The position numbers and the translations under genes are program-made. The notes beneath the pieces were generated by a model. The model did no database searches and had not been told where the DNA came from. It saw only the letters and a list, made by a program, of their open reading frames with translations. A stretch of 64,000 nucleotides of DNA from a virus (Duplodnaviria > Caudoviricetes), in the IMG/VR virus record IMGVR_UViG_3300031555_005762, positions 1-64,000 of that record; one strand, given 5' to 3'. Below, piece by piece: positions 1-9,488 of the stretch. The number at the start of each line of letters is the position of its first letter. Position 1 is the stretch's first letter.

Positions 1-1
1 T

Positions 2-589
2 TCTGTCCATATCTATATGGTGAACTTCAAACCGGGCTTCATCAGTATATTCAACTCCACAATCTTCGCAGGTTTTTTTGGCGGCAGTAGCTTCTTCCCT
101 GAACTGATAATACAAAACGGAGTCTCCGAGTGGATTCTTCTGGAAACCCATCTGACCTTTTACAGGAACATTAGATTCAAAATTTCCATCAGTGAACGGA
201 TATTTGGTTCTATCCTTTTCATATGTTCCAATTTCATATAAAACATCTCCTATCTTCAGCTCGTCGCATCGTTTCTCTCCGAAGACTGTTGGAAACTTAT
301 GATTGGCTGTGCAATCTACGGTTTGCCAAGATGATGTTGTTATACGATATGTCATCTGCACACCGGCCGGGCGGATATCAACAATGTTATTCTCTCGGAT
401 CCTGCCGTCTTCGCATAAAGATAATGCTTTTCCAAAGCCATAATAGCTGTATTTTTTACGAAGATGATTATGCCCTGTTTCTTTCGCATAAACGGGATCA
501 TGTAAAATACAATACATTTCTTTAATGCTAAGCCCTTTTCTGTCTTTTCTTCCAGAAGATCTTTTCAAAAATGTATCTCCTGTCAGACA
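2..589 (-). mobile_element. Intein (N-terminal part) with HNH-type endonuclease, inserted in DnaE after SYSFNA
   Basis: DnaE homology stops at FNA and is followed by block A CLTGDTFLKR, block B VDCTANHKF, then CEDCG...FEVHHIDMDR (HNH-like). Confidence 0.88.
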
Positions 590-2878
590 GGCATTGAATG
601 AATAACTGGAGGAGTCATCAATGATCTGCCACAGCTTGGCGGCCAAAGCTTTTGAATCCTCTTCTGTCACACCTTCCTCCCGGATCTTTTCGCTGAATCC
701 GGAAATGAATGTATCTTTATAGGCCAGAACCTTTTCGGCTCGTTTCTTAGCTATATTTTTGATAGCAGTATAGCATTCCGACATGGGAATTCCGGCATAG
801 TTCAGAGTTGCCATAATGTGTTCCTGATACAAGACAAAGGAGTTTGGCATTTCGTCTGTCTGAATCAGGTCATCAAACTGCTTTACGCCGTAATCGAACG
901 GATCACGGGTTTCGAATGTCTTGTACATGGATTTGAATCCCGGACGGATAGCGGCTACAAAGGCGCACAGCTCAGAGATATTTGTAGGGGCGTACTTCCC
1001 CACCCTGCTGGATGTGCCGGGCTGTTCCACTTGATTGAGACCGAGAGTGCATCCGGTTTTATAGAGGTTCCATGTCTTATCATCGGGGGGCAGCATAGAG
1101 AGAAGTTCCTGCTGCGGAGGTGGTTCCAATCCTGCACGATGATAGGAACGGTAGATCAGGTCTACGACACTTACTTTCAGGAGGTCGTTCTTGAGGAAAT
1201 GATTTTTTTCTGCCCATAGACCGTCCATGAGGCAGCACAGGTGATCCTTGATTTTGATCAGACCTACTTCCTTACGGATGCTGCCCTGATACAGCAGAAA
1301 TCCACAGGGGGCGATTGACCAGCTTGTGATCAGTCCCATGTAATCTTTACTGTCTTCGTAAATCTCTTTGAACTGGTCGTCGATGTAATCCAGAACATCG
1401 ATGTCGTCCTTTTCTTCGTCGTCAGCGTGTTTCACAGCATTTTCGTATCGTTTCAGCTGTTCGGACACAGCATTAGCGGTTTCAAAAGGGACACCTTTTG
1501 CTTTTGCATACAATTTCCATGCGGCGGATTTCTGATATGTACCATAGGCAATCATAGGGTAAGCATGATCTTCGCCGAGAATTTCACGCTGCGCCTGTGC
1601 AAATGGTTCTTGATCGGCTACGTTGAGGTCAAGATCTGGTAATGACCCGGCACTGAGAATACGTTCTGCTGTCATGAATCGCTCTGGGTACATCTTAACT
1701 TTGGCAGAAACACGATCAACTTCCGTAAAACCGAGAAGTTTATTTGTAAAATAGGAAATACCCGAACCTCTTCCGGTGAGAGTCAGCCATCCGCCGAGTT
1801 CTTTACCACGTTTCACGATATAGTAGTCGTCGATGAAATAGTCGGACATATGGCATTCCAATACGTTATCCACTTCATACTGGATTTCCTTTTCGTACTT
1901 AGGCCATTCTTCTTCGGGAACCTTATCCTTGTATTCGTTCCAGCCCTGCCATACCAGTTTTTTGTATTCTTCATCTCTGCCCTGCTGATCCAGTTTCGGG
2001 AGTTTTACGCCGTCGATTTCGTGTTCGCCGTCGTACAGTGTGGGGAGTTTGATGTCGGTGTTGAAGACGGGGCTGTCGTATTCCTCTACATCGAGAAAAG
2101 TATTGGTATTGGCAATAGCGTCTGTGATTTCGGTATGGGTCAGGATGTTCTGGGCGGCGAATCGGTTATAGGCGGTCTGGCCGTCCACGTAATCGAGGAA
2201 CCATCCTTCTTCGTCTTCGTACCGGATGCCTTTGGAGAGTAGAAAATCTTCTCTGGTCTGGTGCTGGTCGGCGGAGATATAATGGCTGTCGCAGCCCATA
2301 ATCAGAGGGATTTTCAGCTTATTATGGAGTGTCAGGATGTGTTTATTGATTTCCTTCTGGCTTTCGGTATTGTGGTACTGGACTTCCAAAAAGAAGTTTT
2401 TGCCGAAGTGGGTTGACAGGGTTCCCGTGATACTGTCGATATCTTCGTATTTCCAGTAGGCCAAACAGGCCGTGGTGATCCACACATCATCCTTCGGCAG
2501 AGACAGCAGGAGGGGAACATCCACTCTCGGGCGGAAATAAAAGCCGGTCAGGTTGGCTTCCGACAGGATATCGTTCAGGGCCTGTCTGCCATTTTCATTC
2601 TTGGCACCAATCCAGATATGGCAGTTGCTGTTATCCGGGGCGAGACGGTTTCTGACCCAATAGGCTTCGGCACCGATCAGACATTTCAGTTTATAGTCCT
2701 TTGCAGTGTCGTAGGTTTCGATATATCGGCCCTGATAGCCGTGCTCGGCGCTGGAGAGGATACTGTGGCCGTATTTGACGGCAGCTTCGGCATAGTCCTT
2801 ATAGGTTACGGTGCTGTCGGAGATGATGGGGTTTGTGCGTTCGCTGTGCTTATGGTAGTTCTGGTAGATGTAGTTCAT
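2..2878 (-). CDS. dnaE: DNA polymerase III alpha subunit (phage DnaE-type), intein-containing; 3' end runs off the window
   Basis: Manual translation of the open minus frame from ATG 2878 (ATGA overlap with the upstream gene; absent from the ORF track). PHP domain (NYHKHS, AEHG, GAEAY, GCDSHY), TGRGSG, catalytic PDLDLN, KNDLL, AAIRPG, LYQEHIM, YSFNA. Confidence 0.93.
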   Translation of the reverse strand, partial: MNYIYQNYHKHSERTNPIISDSTVTYKDYAEAAVKYGHSILSSAEHGYQGRYIETYDTAKDYKLKCLIGAEAYWVRNRLAPDNSNCHIWIGAKNENGRQALNDILSEANLTGFYFRPRVDVPLLLSLPKDDVWITTACLAYWKYEDIDSITGTLSTHFGKNFFLEVQYHNTESQKEINKHILTLHNKLKIPLIMGCDSHYISADQHQTREDFLLSKGIRYEDEEGWFLDYVDGQTAYNRFAAQNILTHTEITDAIANTNTFLDVEEYDSPVFNTDIKLPTLYDGEHEIDGVKLPKLDQQGRDEEYKKLVWQGWNEYKDKVPEEEWPKYEKEIQYEVDNVLECHMSDYFIDDYYIVKRGKELGGWLTLTGRGSGISYFTNKLLGFTEVDRVSAKVKMYPERFMTAERILSAGSLPDLDLNVADQEPFAQAQREILGEDHAYPMIAYGTYQKSAAWKLYAKAKGVPFETANAVSEQLKRYENAVKHADDEEKDDIDVLDYIDDQFKEIYEDSKDYMGLITSWSIAPCGFLLYQGSIRKEVGLIKIKDHLCCLMDGLWAEKNHFLKNDLLKVSVVDLIYRSYHRAGLEPPPQQELLSMLPPDDKTWNLYKTGCTLGLNQVEQPGTSSRVGKYAPTNISELCAFVAAIRPGFKSMYKTFETRDPFDYGVKQFDDLIQTDEMPNSFVLYQEHIMATLNYAGIPMSECYTAIKNIAKKRAEKVLAYKDTFISGFSEKIREEGVTEEDSKALAAKLWQIIDDSSSYSFNACLTGDTFLKRSSGRKDRKGLSIKEMYCILHDPVYAKETGHNHLRKKYSYYGFGKALSLCEDGRIRENNIVDIRPAGVQMTYRITTSSWQTVDCTANHKFPTVFGEKRCDELKIGDVLYEIGTYEKDRTKYPFTDGNFESNVPVKGQMGFQKNPLGDSVLYYQFREEATAAKKTCEDCGVEYTDEARFEVHHIDMDR

Positions 2879-3426
2879 TCCTGCTCCTTATAGGAACCGA
2901 AGTAGTATTTTATGAGGCGGTCTTTACCAATTTCATTTATGGCAGCCTGGGCGATTTCTTTACTACTAAAACATATGTTACTTGTTTGACCGTAATAAGT
3001 AAAGGTAATATGAATATCGGCTTCTCCGGAATTATGATGGCAAAGAATTTCGTATTTTTGCGTTTCTCTATTCCAATCTATTGGATCATTATGTTCTTCG
3101 GCAAAGCGGCGCAGTTCTGTGATGACCTTGTTCCGTTCTACTGCGAAGGTCGCTTCTTCTTTTGTTTGATAGCAGTTGCCGAGATCATATTTTTCAATAT
3201 CTGTCCAATCATAATCCCACTGCCCTGTCCTGACGACACCGGCACTGTCGTAATAGAAATAATGGTCGCCTTTTGTGGGTTTCCATATACAATACTTCCG
3301 CTCTGGTTCTGACGGGACTTCGGCTTCGGCCATTTTCAGGATACTTTCGATGACAGCGTTCTGTTCGGGTGTCAGTTTTTCGGGATCATAGGTTTTGGTC
3401 GGCATTTTCTTCCTCCGTTTTGGCAT
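2875..3426 (-). CDS. Hypothetical phage protein
   Basis: 183 aa ORF translationally coupled to dnaE. Confidence 0.8.
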   Translation of the reverse strand: MPKRRKKMPTKTYDPEKLTPEQNAVIESILKMAEAEVPSEPERKYCIWKPTKGDHYFYYDSAGVVRTGQWDYDWTDIEKYDLGNCYQTKEEATFAVERNKVITELRRFAEEHNDPIDWNRETQKYEILCHHNSGEADIHITFTYYGQTSNICFSSKEIAQAAINEIGKDRLIKYYFGSYKEQE

Positions 3427-3614
3427 AAAAGTTCTCTCACGATCTTTTCGGACTGTCCTTCTGTAACTTCAGATATAAGAGACGGGAGACATGGAATGAT
3501 TTCGTCATAACCTGCTCTTAACATCATTCTTATAAGGTCTGTATCGCCGAGCAGAATACGGTACAGAAGTCCTGTGCTTTTACCATATCCTCTACTGAAT
3601 TCGATACAGCTCAT
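3372..3614 (-). CDS. Hypothetical protein
   Basis: 80 aa ORF in operon order, ATGA overlap with the upstream gene. Confidence 0.6.
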   Translation of the reverse strand: MSCIEFSRGYGKSTGLLYRILLGDTDLIRMMLRAGYDEIIPCLPSLISEVTEGQSEKIVRELLCQNGGRKCRPKPMIPKN

Positions 3615-3937
3615 GATACTTCTCCGATCACTTCTTCCATATTCCTGAGTTGGGTTTCCAGCTCGTCAATGCGAACCTTACAACAGATCAGTTCTTTTAA
3701 CACAGAAGCTCTGTCAAAATCAGAAAAACGGTGTTCGCCGATTTTATAGAAATTCCGGAAGCCTGTTTTCATGTCATAGTCCGTAATATGATCAACAGTG
3801 CCGGCGTCGATATTGAACCACTCAGGTTCCGGCCAGCCTCGCTGCAGGCATTTTTCGCAGGTACAGACAGATGTGATGGTACCACGTTCACCGCGGATAG
3901 TGATTACTTCATCACCTGGTTGGAAATTATAAATCAT
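3611..3937 (-). CDS. Hypothetical protein (CxCxxC), flanked by a 27-bp direct repeat
   Basis: 108 aa ORF with ATGA overlaps on both sides. Confidence 0.75.
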   Translation of the reverse strand: MIYNFQPGDEVITIRGERGTITSVCTCEKCLQRGWPEPEWFNIDAGTVDHITDYDMKTGFRNFYKIGEHRFSDFDRASVLKELICCKVRIDELETQLRNMEEVIGEVS

Positions 3938-3960
3938 GATACTTCTCCGATCACTTCTTC
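3611..3960. repeat. 27-bp perfect direct repeat TCATGATACTTCTCCGATCACTTCTTC at 3611-3637 and 3934-3960
   Basis: Read directly; both copies encode the C-terminus EEVIGEVS-stop. Confidence 0.95.
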
Positions 3961-5883
3961 TATGTTCGGTTCTCTGTCGGGCATTCGCATCTGGGTTTCG
4001 TATGTATTGGTATCCCAGCTGTACTGACGGTCATATTCATCCTGAGTGGTATAGAATCTGCGGCTGGCCTGATCGTAGTACAGACCCATCTGAATGCCGC
4101 TTCTACCTCGGATACGATCTTTGATGATATTCAGGACTACATCGTATCCCATCAGGTTCTGAGGGAGTTCGCTGCCGTAGCCGAAGCCCTGTTTTTCCTG
4201 TTCGGTGATTTTCCGCAGGCCGAAGGTTCGGTGGGCAAGGTTGATGATATTGCTGGTGCCGGAGATGTCCTGAATGCCGACGTTTGAGGTTTTCTGCATT
4301 TTTCTTGGGTGGCAGACCAGGATGGTGGCGGCGTTGTATTTCTTGGAAAAGCTGATGAGCTGTTTGACGACTCTGGTCTGTTCCTTCAGCTCGTCGTCGC
4401 TGTCGTTGGTATCGATGGTCATGAAGTTATCGAGGATGAACAGGCGGCATCCGTATTTCTGGAGACTTCCCTTCATGGCTTCGAGAAGGCTGTCGATATC
4501 CTTGTCGAAGTCATCCCGATACAGGAACCACCGGCCGCGATAACGTTCATTGATGGCTTCTTCCACGCCGTCCTTCAGTTTCCAGTACGGGTCACCTTTT
4601 GGGGTAAGATATCCGTTTACGTTCCGGGGGCCGGCAAGCACGTAATTATGCCAGTCTTTCGACATACCTTCGGACAGCTCGCCGGAGAACAGCCATGTGT
4701 TTACGTCCTGCTCCAGTGCGTTGGCTACGATCTGGCACAGAATGGAGGATTTGCCGGAACCCGGCAGACCGGTCACTACGGTCAGAGTGCCGAAGAACAA
4801 ACGCATCAATTCTTTATCAAGACTGGTGATACCGGTTTCCACGCCGGGCATATCGTAAAAGTTTTTGGATTTGACATCGGACATATCCACCACAGAAGGG
4901 ATTGGGTTATCCTTGGCGGAGAGGATCAGGTTCATGACTTCCTGCTTGCCAAGATAGATCATGGCTTCGTTGACGTCCTTGATTCTGACGGTTCTGCCAT
5001 CCTCTGTGGTATGGGTATCGGGGATCTGCATGGTTTTACAACGCCAGCTTCCCAGTCTGGGGATGATGCCGTCCAGATACTTTTTACCGGATTCGTCGTT
5101 GTCGGCGGCGATGATGATAGAATCAAACTGTTCCAGCCAATTTCCGCATTGATTCACCCAATGTGTATTGCCATCACCCAAAGGGATGGACACGGCGTTC
5201 TGCCAGCCGCATTCAATGGCTGCGGCACAGTCCAGCTCTCCAGAACAAATCAGGAGGGGTTCTGTGGGGTTGATGCGGTTCATGTTGTACAGGAGGGGGC
5301 AGGTGTCGGCGTCCTTCTGGCACCAGTTTTTGATCTCTCCCGCCTCCTTATTGATTTTATGGCTGGGGCGGTACTTGACCATAGTGAGGACGTCGTTGGT
5401 ATCGTAGTAGTTGAAGACGATATTGCCCTGTTCGTCCTGGCGGATATCGAGGTAGTCGGCGGTCTTTGGAGAAATGCCCCGGAGGGCGAGGTAGGCGTAC
5501 ACTTTGGATTTATCGGTACACTCTACCTCTTTGGGATACCGGTACTGAGACATGGTCTTGACCTTATGCTCGCCCATGCTGTGCTGAATGCCGGCCAGTT
5601 CCAGTACCTTGGATGCAGCTTCAGCGAAGGTGAAACCCTTGGTCTGATATACGTCTACCAGATCCCAGCTGCGGTTACAGGCTCCAAAGCATTTATATCG
5701 GTGGTGTTTTTTATCATAAATGAAGCTGGGAGTGTCTTCTTCGTGGAACGGGCAGCGGGATTTCAGGTTCCGCTCATCGAAGTCCTGCAGTTCCAGTTCC
5801 TCTGCGATGATATGAGCCTGGGATTCACCCAGACGCTCCTTGGCTTCTTCTATCAGTTCTTTTTCAATGAGCGTACTGCTCAC
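3934..5883 (-). CDS. Primase-helicase (CHC2 zinc finger, TOPRIM, DnaB-like SF4 helicase; T7 gp4/Twinkle-like)
   Basis: CPFHEEDTPSF and CFGAC zinc finger; SGELD, ADNDESG TOPRIM; GLPGSGKS Walker A; ILDNFM; CHPRK; DISGTSNIINLAH. Confidence 0.93.
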   Translation of the reverse strand: MSSTLIEKELIEEAKERLGESQAHIIAEELELQDFDERNLKSRCPFHEEDTPSFIYDKKHHRYKCFGACNRSWDLVDVYQTKGFTFAEAASKVLELAGIQHSMGEHKVKTMSQYRYPKEVECTDKSKVYAYLALRGISPKTADYLDIRQDEQGNIVFNYYDTNDVLTMVKYRPSHKINKEAGEIKNWCQKDADTCPLLYNMNRINPTEPLLICSGELDCAAAIECGWQNAVSIPLGDGNTHWVNQCGNWLEQFDSIIIAADNDESGKKYLDGIIPRLGSWRCKTMQIPDTHTTEDGRTVRIKDVNEAMIYLGKQEVMNLILSAKDNPIPSVVDMSDVKSKNFYDMPGVETGITSLDKELMRLFFGTLTVVTGLPGSGKSSILCQIVANALEQDVNTWLFSGELSEGMSKDWHNYVLAGPRNVNGYLTPKGDPYWKLKDGVEEAINERYRGRWFLYRDDFDKDIDSLLEAMKGSLQKYGCRLFILDNFMTIDTNDSDDELKEQTRVVKQLISFSKKYNAATILVCHPRKMQKTSNVGIQDISGTSNIINLAHRTFGLRKITEQEKQGFGYGSELPQNLMGYDVVLNIIKDRIRGRSGIQMGLYYDQASRRFYTTQDEYDRQYSWDTNTYETQMRMPDREPNIEEVIGEVS

Positions 5884-5893
5884 TCCTTTCAGG

Positions 5894-6169
5894 TCAGTCT
5901 ACCGGGATTTCGTGGAGGCTTTCCAGTTCTGCTTCGGTAAGCCATGCGGGGTAGAGTTCTGCGATTTCCATGTCGGCATAATCGAACTCGATGGTGGCTA
6001 CACCTTCGCAGTCGTAGATGATGCTGCAGTTATATTTCAAGTCTCCCAGGAGGTTGACGGTTCTTGCTACGTCCTCCTGAAAGTCGTACTTGTTCTGGTA
6101 ATTATGGGGGTCGATTTCGATTCGGTTTGGCAGGTTCATAGGTTCTCCTTTACGGGATGCGTTCTTCAT
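5894..6169 (-). CDS. Hypothetical protein
   Basis: 91 aa ORF; the RBS suggests the second Met (MNLPNR) as start. Confidence 0.7.
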   Translation of the reverse strand: MKNASRKGEPMNLPNRIEIDPHNYQNKYDFQEDVARTVNLLGDLKYNCSIIYDCEGVATIEFDYADMEIAELYPAWLTEAELESLHEIPVD

Positions 6170-6479
6170 TCATGATCACGGTATAATGATCTTCGATACA
6201 CTTTACGATATCTCCTGTAAAGTCATCTGCTTCTACGGAGATGGCGTCAAAGCAGCCTTCTGCCACCATGCCGGCGTTATAATGGGTTTTCAGGCCGGGC
6301 TGGATGCTTTCTTCATAGAATGTGTACAGGTACCACAGGCCGCCATCGGGATCTTCCGGCAGGGTGGAAGCGAGGATGGTGACGGGAATATTTCTGCTGC
6401 GGAGAATACCTGCGGCTTCCATGACGATATGAAAAGAGCGGTTGTCGATGTCGTATGTGAAGTTATAATTGGTTTGCAT
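6150..6479 (-). CDS. Hypothetical protein
   Basis: ORF in operon order; start taken as MQTNYNF. Confidence 0.7.
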   Translation of the reverse strand: MQTNYNFTYDIDNRSFHIVMEAAGILRSRNIPVTILASTLPEDPDGGLWYLYTFYEESIQPGLKTHYNAGMVAEGCFDAISVEADDFTGDIVKCIEDHYTVIMNEERIP

Positions 6480-7335
6480 CGGGTTTGTCCTTTCTGAAAT
6501 AACTGTTCCGTTTGGCGTAGGACAGAGAGCGGCTGCAGTATTTTCGGACGCTGCAAATATGGTCACAGAAGAAATCTCTGTCGATGGGTTTGCCGGTTTT
6601 GGTTTTGCCCTTTGGTTTCAGGGGGTATTTTTCGTCCTTGTAGATGGTTCCTATGGTATCGTTGAACCACCACTGCGCCTGTTCCAGAGCTTTTTCGTCA
6701 AAGTCGGACTCTACGATTTCGCCGATGCGGAACATATTGAAGATCAGCTTTTTCGGGTACCGGCCGTAGGTATCGTACACATAAAGGCTATACAGATAAA
6801 GCTGTCTCAGGTATTCCGCCAGCTCCCAGTGATCCTTGAACCGGCTTTTGGACTTATGGTCTACGATGTAGATATCTCCTGTTTCCGGGTTCTGCAGGAT
6901 CAGGTCGATGACACCGATGAAGGAATGTCCGCCGATCTTTCTGGTAAACCGTTCTTCCACGCCCAGGACTTTATATCCTGACCACGGGTCATTGAAGGTA
7001 TCGAAATACTGTTTGCCGGCTTCGTAATAGTTTTCTGCCATGGCGTTGTTTCTGGAGGGAGGAAAGGCCGAGGTTACGTTTGCATCGTACTGGTTAGTGT
7101 ACCGTTCAGACAGCTCGAACAGCTCGATCTCGCCTTTGTAGTATCGCTCCAGAAGACCGTGGCAGAAAGATCCGAAATCAGAAAAGGCGTTGTTCTCTCT
7201 GGTTTTGTCGCCGTCAAGATATGTATAGCGGAACATTCTGGGACAGGTGTTATAGGCACTTACGGATGAGAAGCTGAAGCGCATACTGTCCAGAATGAAG
7301 AGTTGTGCGTCACGGTCTTGCTCAATTTTTGCCAT
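6463..7335 (-). CDS. PD-(D/E)XK nuclease (RecB/Cas4-like, Cys cluster)
   Basis: FSFSSVSAYNTCP, GSFCHGLLE, GVIDLI, IVDHKS, QLYLYS, CDHICSVRKYC. Confidence 0.88.
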   Translation of the reverse strand: MAKIEQDRDAQLFILDSMRFSFSSVSAYNTCPRMFRYTYLDGDKTRENNAFSDFGSFCHGLLERYYKGEIELFELSERYTNQYDANVTSAFPPSRNNAMAENYYEAGKQYFDTFNDPWSGYKVLGVEERFTRKIGGHSFIGVIDLILQNPETGDIYIVDHKSKSRFKDHWELAEYLRQLYLYSLYVYDTYGRYPKKLIFNMFRIGEIVESDFDEKALEQAQWWFNDTIGTIYKDEKYPLKPKGKTKTGKPIDRDFFCDHICSVRKYCSRSLSYAKRNSYFRKDKPDANQL

Positions 7336-7358
7336 CGGGGATCACCTCCGGACTGCCT

Positions 7359-7769
7359 TTAGAAGGGCAGTTCATCGGAGGCGGATTCTTCCTGAGCAGG
7401 TGCGGCAGGAGCCGGTGCGGGGTTAGCGGCGGGAGCAGGGTTCTGGGCGTTCTGTCCGGAGAAATCCTTGGGAACGAAATCTACGGAAACCGCACTAATA
7501 TTGACTGCTCTCTGGTTCTGTCCGTTCTTATCGGTATATTCATCCATATCTGCCTTACCGGTGATGAACACGGGGGAACCGTTCTTGAAATACTTGCCTG
7601 CCTTTTCTGCTTCCTTACCGAAGACAGTGACATTCCAGAAATTGTTCTTCTTATTTTCGTCGCGGACTCTGGACTTCCGTTCCTTTACAGTGAACTTGGC
7701 AATAGTGATGTTATTGTTCTGAGAAATGGTAATATCGGAAGAAATGTTGGCGAGAATGTTTACGTTCAT
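7359..7769 (-). CDS. ssb: Single-stranded DNA-binding protein
   Basis: OB-fold pattern (FWNVTVFGKEAE, KNGSPVFITGK, YTDKNG) and acidic tail ending DELPF. Confidence 0.92.
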   Translation of the reverse strand: MNVNILANISSDITISQNNNITIAKFTVKERKSRVRDENKKNNFWNVTVFGKEAEKAGKYFKNGSPVFITGKADMDEYTDKNGQNQRAVNISAVSVDFVPKDFSGQNAQNPAPAANPAPAPAAPAQEESASDELPF

Positions 7770-7799
7770 AATGAAATTCCTTTCAAAAATAACAATAGT

Positions 7800-8093
7800 T
7801 CAGTGATTCTTTTTCAGTATGTACAGGGTATTTCTGGTCAGGATCTGGATTTCTTCGTCTCCGATCTTGCCGTCAATGTTTTCTACAGTGGAGAGATGCA
7901 GGTAGGGGCCTCTGTCGTAAGACTGTCTGTCAAATGCGAAACAGGCTCGTTCGCCTACGCACATGGTTACGATATGTACAGGTTCACCGAGGACTTTTTC
8001 TGCCAGATAATGGGTGCCGCCGGTCTTGGGGGTCATGGCGGTTATGGTATAGGAGGGCATATATGTGGTTCCGTTTTCAGTATTCTCGTTCAT
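7800..8093 (-). CDS. Hypothetical protein
   Basis: 97 aa ORF with RBS. Confidence 0.7.
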   Translation of the reverse strand: MNENTENGTTYMPSYTITAMTPKTGGTHYLAEKVLGEPVHIVTMCVGERACFAFDRQSYDRGPYLHLSTVENIDGKIGDEEIQILTRNTLYILKKNH

Positions 8094-8166
8094 GTATTAC
8101 AAGATTCCTTTCATACTACTTTGGTCAAAATCAAAATTGGCGCAAAAAGAAAACGGGTATTCATTT

Positions 8167-8442
8167 TCAGCGCAGGAGTGCTTCAAAATTGGTGACGATA
8201 TGGCCGTTGTCGGTCTTGGTCTTTTCCAGTTCGGCCTGGGTTTCTTCGATTTCCCGGATGCGCTGGGTATTGGCTTCCTGTTCCCGCTCAATGGCTTCGT
8301 TGATTCCCTTCAGCTCGGCGATGGTGCTCGTGATCATGAACACGGCACTGGCGGAGGCGTTCTGCAGGGACTGGAGCGGGGTCAGCTGGGGCTCTGCCTG
8401 CTTCTTTCTGCGGCGAATCAGGCGTTTCAGTTTCCGGAGCAT
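8167..8442 (-). CDS. Coiled-coil hypothetical protein
   Basis: 91 aa ORF abutting the upstream gene. Confidence 0.75.
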   Translation of the reverse strand: MLRKLKRLIRRRKKQAEPQLTPLQSLQNASASAVFMITSTIAELKGINEAIEREQEANTQRIREIEETQAELEKTKTDNGHIVTNFEALLR

Positions 8443-9057
8443 TTATGCTTTCACTCCTTCCAGAGCCTTCAGAACTTCGTCTGCGATTTCCTGCGTCTTG
8501 ATGGAATTGGGGTTCTTGTCTCCGGAGATTTCTTCAATGATGGCGTAGATTTCGTCCTTATCCTTACCGGAGGAAATCAGGTTTTTACATGTTTCCACGA
8601 TGCTCTTTTTGGTACCCGCCAGCTGCTTCTGGGTTTCGTTCTTCTTTTCATTGGCTTCCTTGGCAGCGCTGGACAGCTCTTCTCCTTCCCACAAGTTCAG
8701 ATCCAGTCCGAATAGGGCCAGGCACTTGACCATACATCTCTTGATGGAGTTATTGACCTGGGTACTGGTGACGGTTTCAGCGGAGACGGCCTGATTCTTA
8801 TGATCCATGACGGCCAGGGTTTCCACCTGCACTTCGTCGCCGATATGTACGGACACTTCTACCCAGCAGGTTCTGCCGTCGGTATGGTACAGATTCTGAT
8901 TTTCGTCCTTCAGGACTTCATATGTAGCGGTGGGATACTTGCGCTTTACGGCTGCCCATGCAGCCGACCAGGGGAGATATGTTTTATTCTGCTTTTTCTT
9001 ATGGCTGCCGGTCATGTCCAGTTCATTCAGGGTTTCAAAGATACTCTTTTCGTTCAT
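8443..9057 (-). CDS. Sak3/DUF1071-like single-strand annealing protein (Rad52 superfamily)
   Basis: TYLPWSAAW, TCWVEVSV, VMDHKN, VNNSIKRCMVKCLALFGLDLNLWEGE pattern. Confidence 0.82.
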   Translation of the reverse strand: MNEKSIFETLNELDMTGSHKKKQNKTYLPWSAAWAAVKRKYPTATYEVLKDENQNLYHTDGRTCWVEVSVHIGDEVQVETLAVMDHKNQAVSAETVTSTQVNNSIKRCMVKCLALFGLDLNLWEGEELSSAAKEANEKKNETQKQLAGTKKSIVETCKNLISSGKDKDEIYAIIEEISGDKNPNSIKTQEIADEVLKALEGVKA

Positions 9058-9287
9058 GCGTTTCGTTCCTTTCGTTCTTTCCGTTTCTTTTCAGGTTTCT
9101 CTTCTCTCCAGATATTCTGGAGTTCTATGGGGTCTTTACTGGTCTGGATTTTCTCGGGCTTGTCTCCCTCAATTTTGTACAGGGTAAACTTAGGCGGATC
9201 TGTGAGAGACTGGGTGATCACGTATTCCAACTCGTCCTCGGCGGACAGAAGTCTGGTGGCGATCTTTTCGGATTTCGGGAATTTCAT
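9054..9287 (-). CDS. Hypothetical protein
   Basis: 77 aa ORF with RBS and ATGA overlap. Confidence 0.7.
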   Translation of the reverse strand: MKFPKSEKIATRLLSAEDELEYVITQSLTDPPKFTLYKIEGDKPEKIQTSKDPIELQNIWREEKPEKKRKERKERNA

Positions 9288-9488
9288 ATGGGCTCCTTTG
9301 GATGTGATTTTACACAGGGGAAAGCTGTCCTGATTTTGGGTTTTGGCATCTCACTGGGTGGCACAAATAAGAGCGATGGATTATCTTTGGGTTGAGGTGC
9401 ATTTTGGACAGGAAAATCCTTGCCAAAGTCCCGGTCGGCATACGAATCTCTAAAATGCTAACCGGGAGATTGGCGTGGAAAAGTCTGG

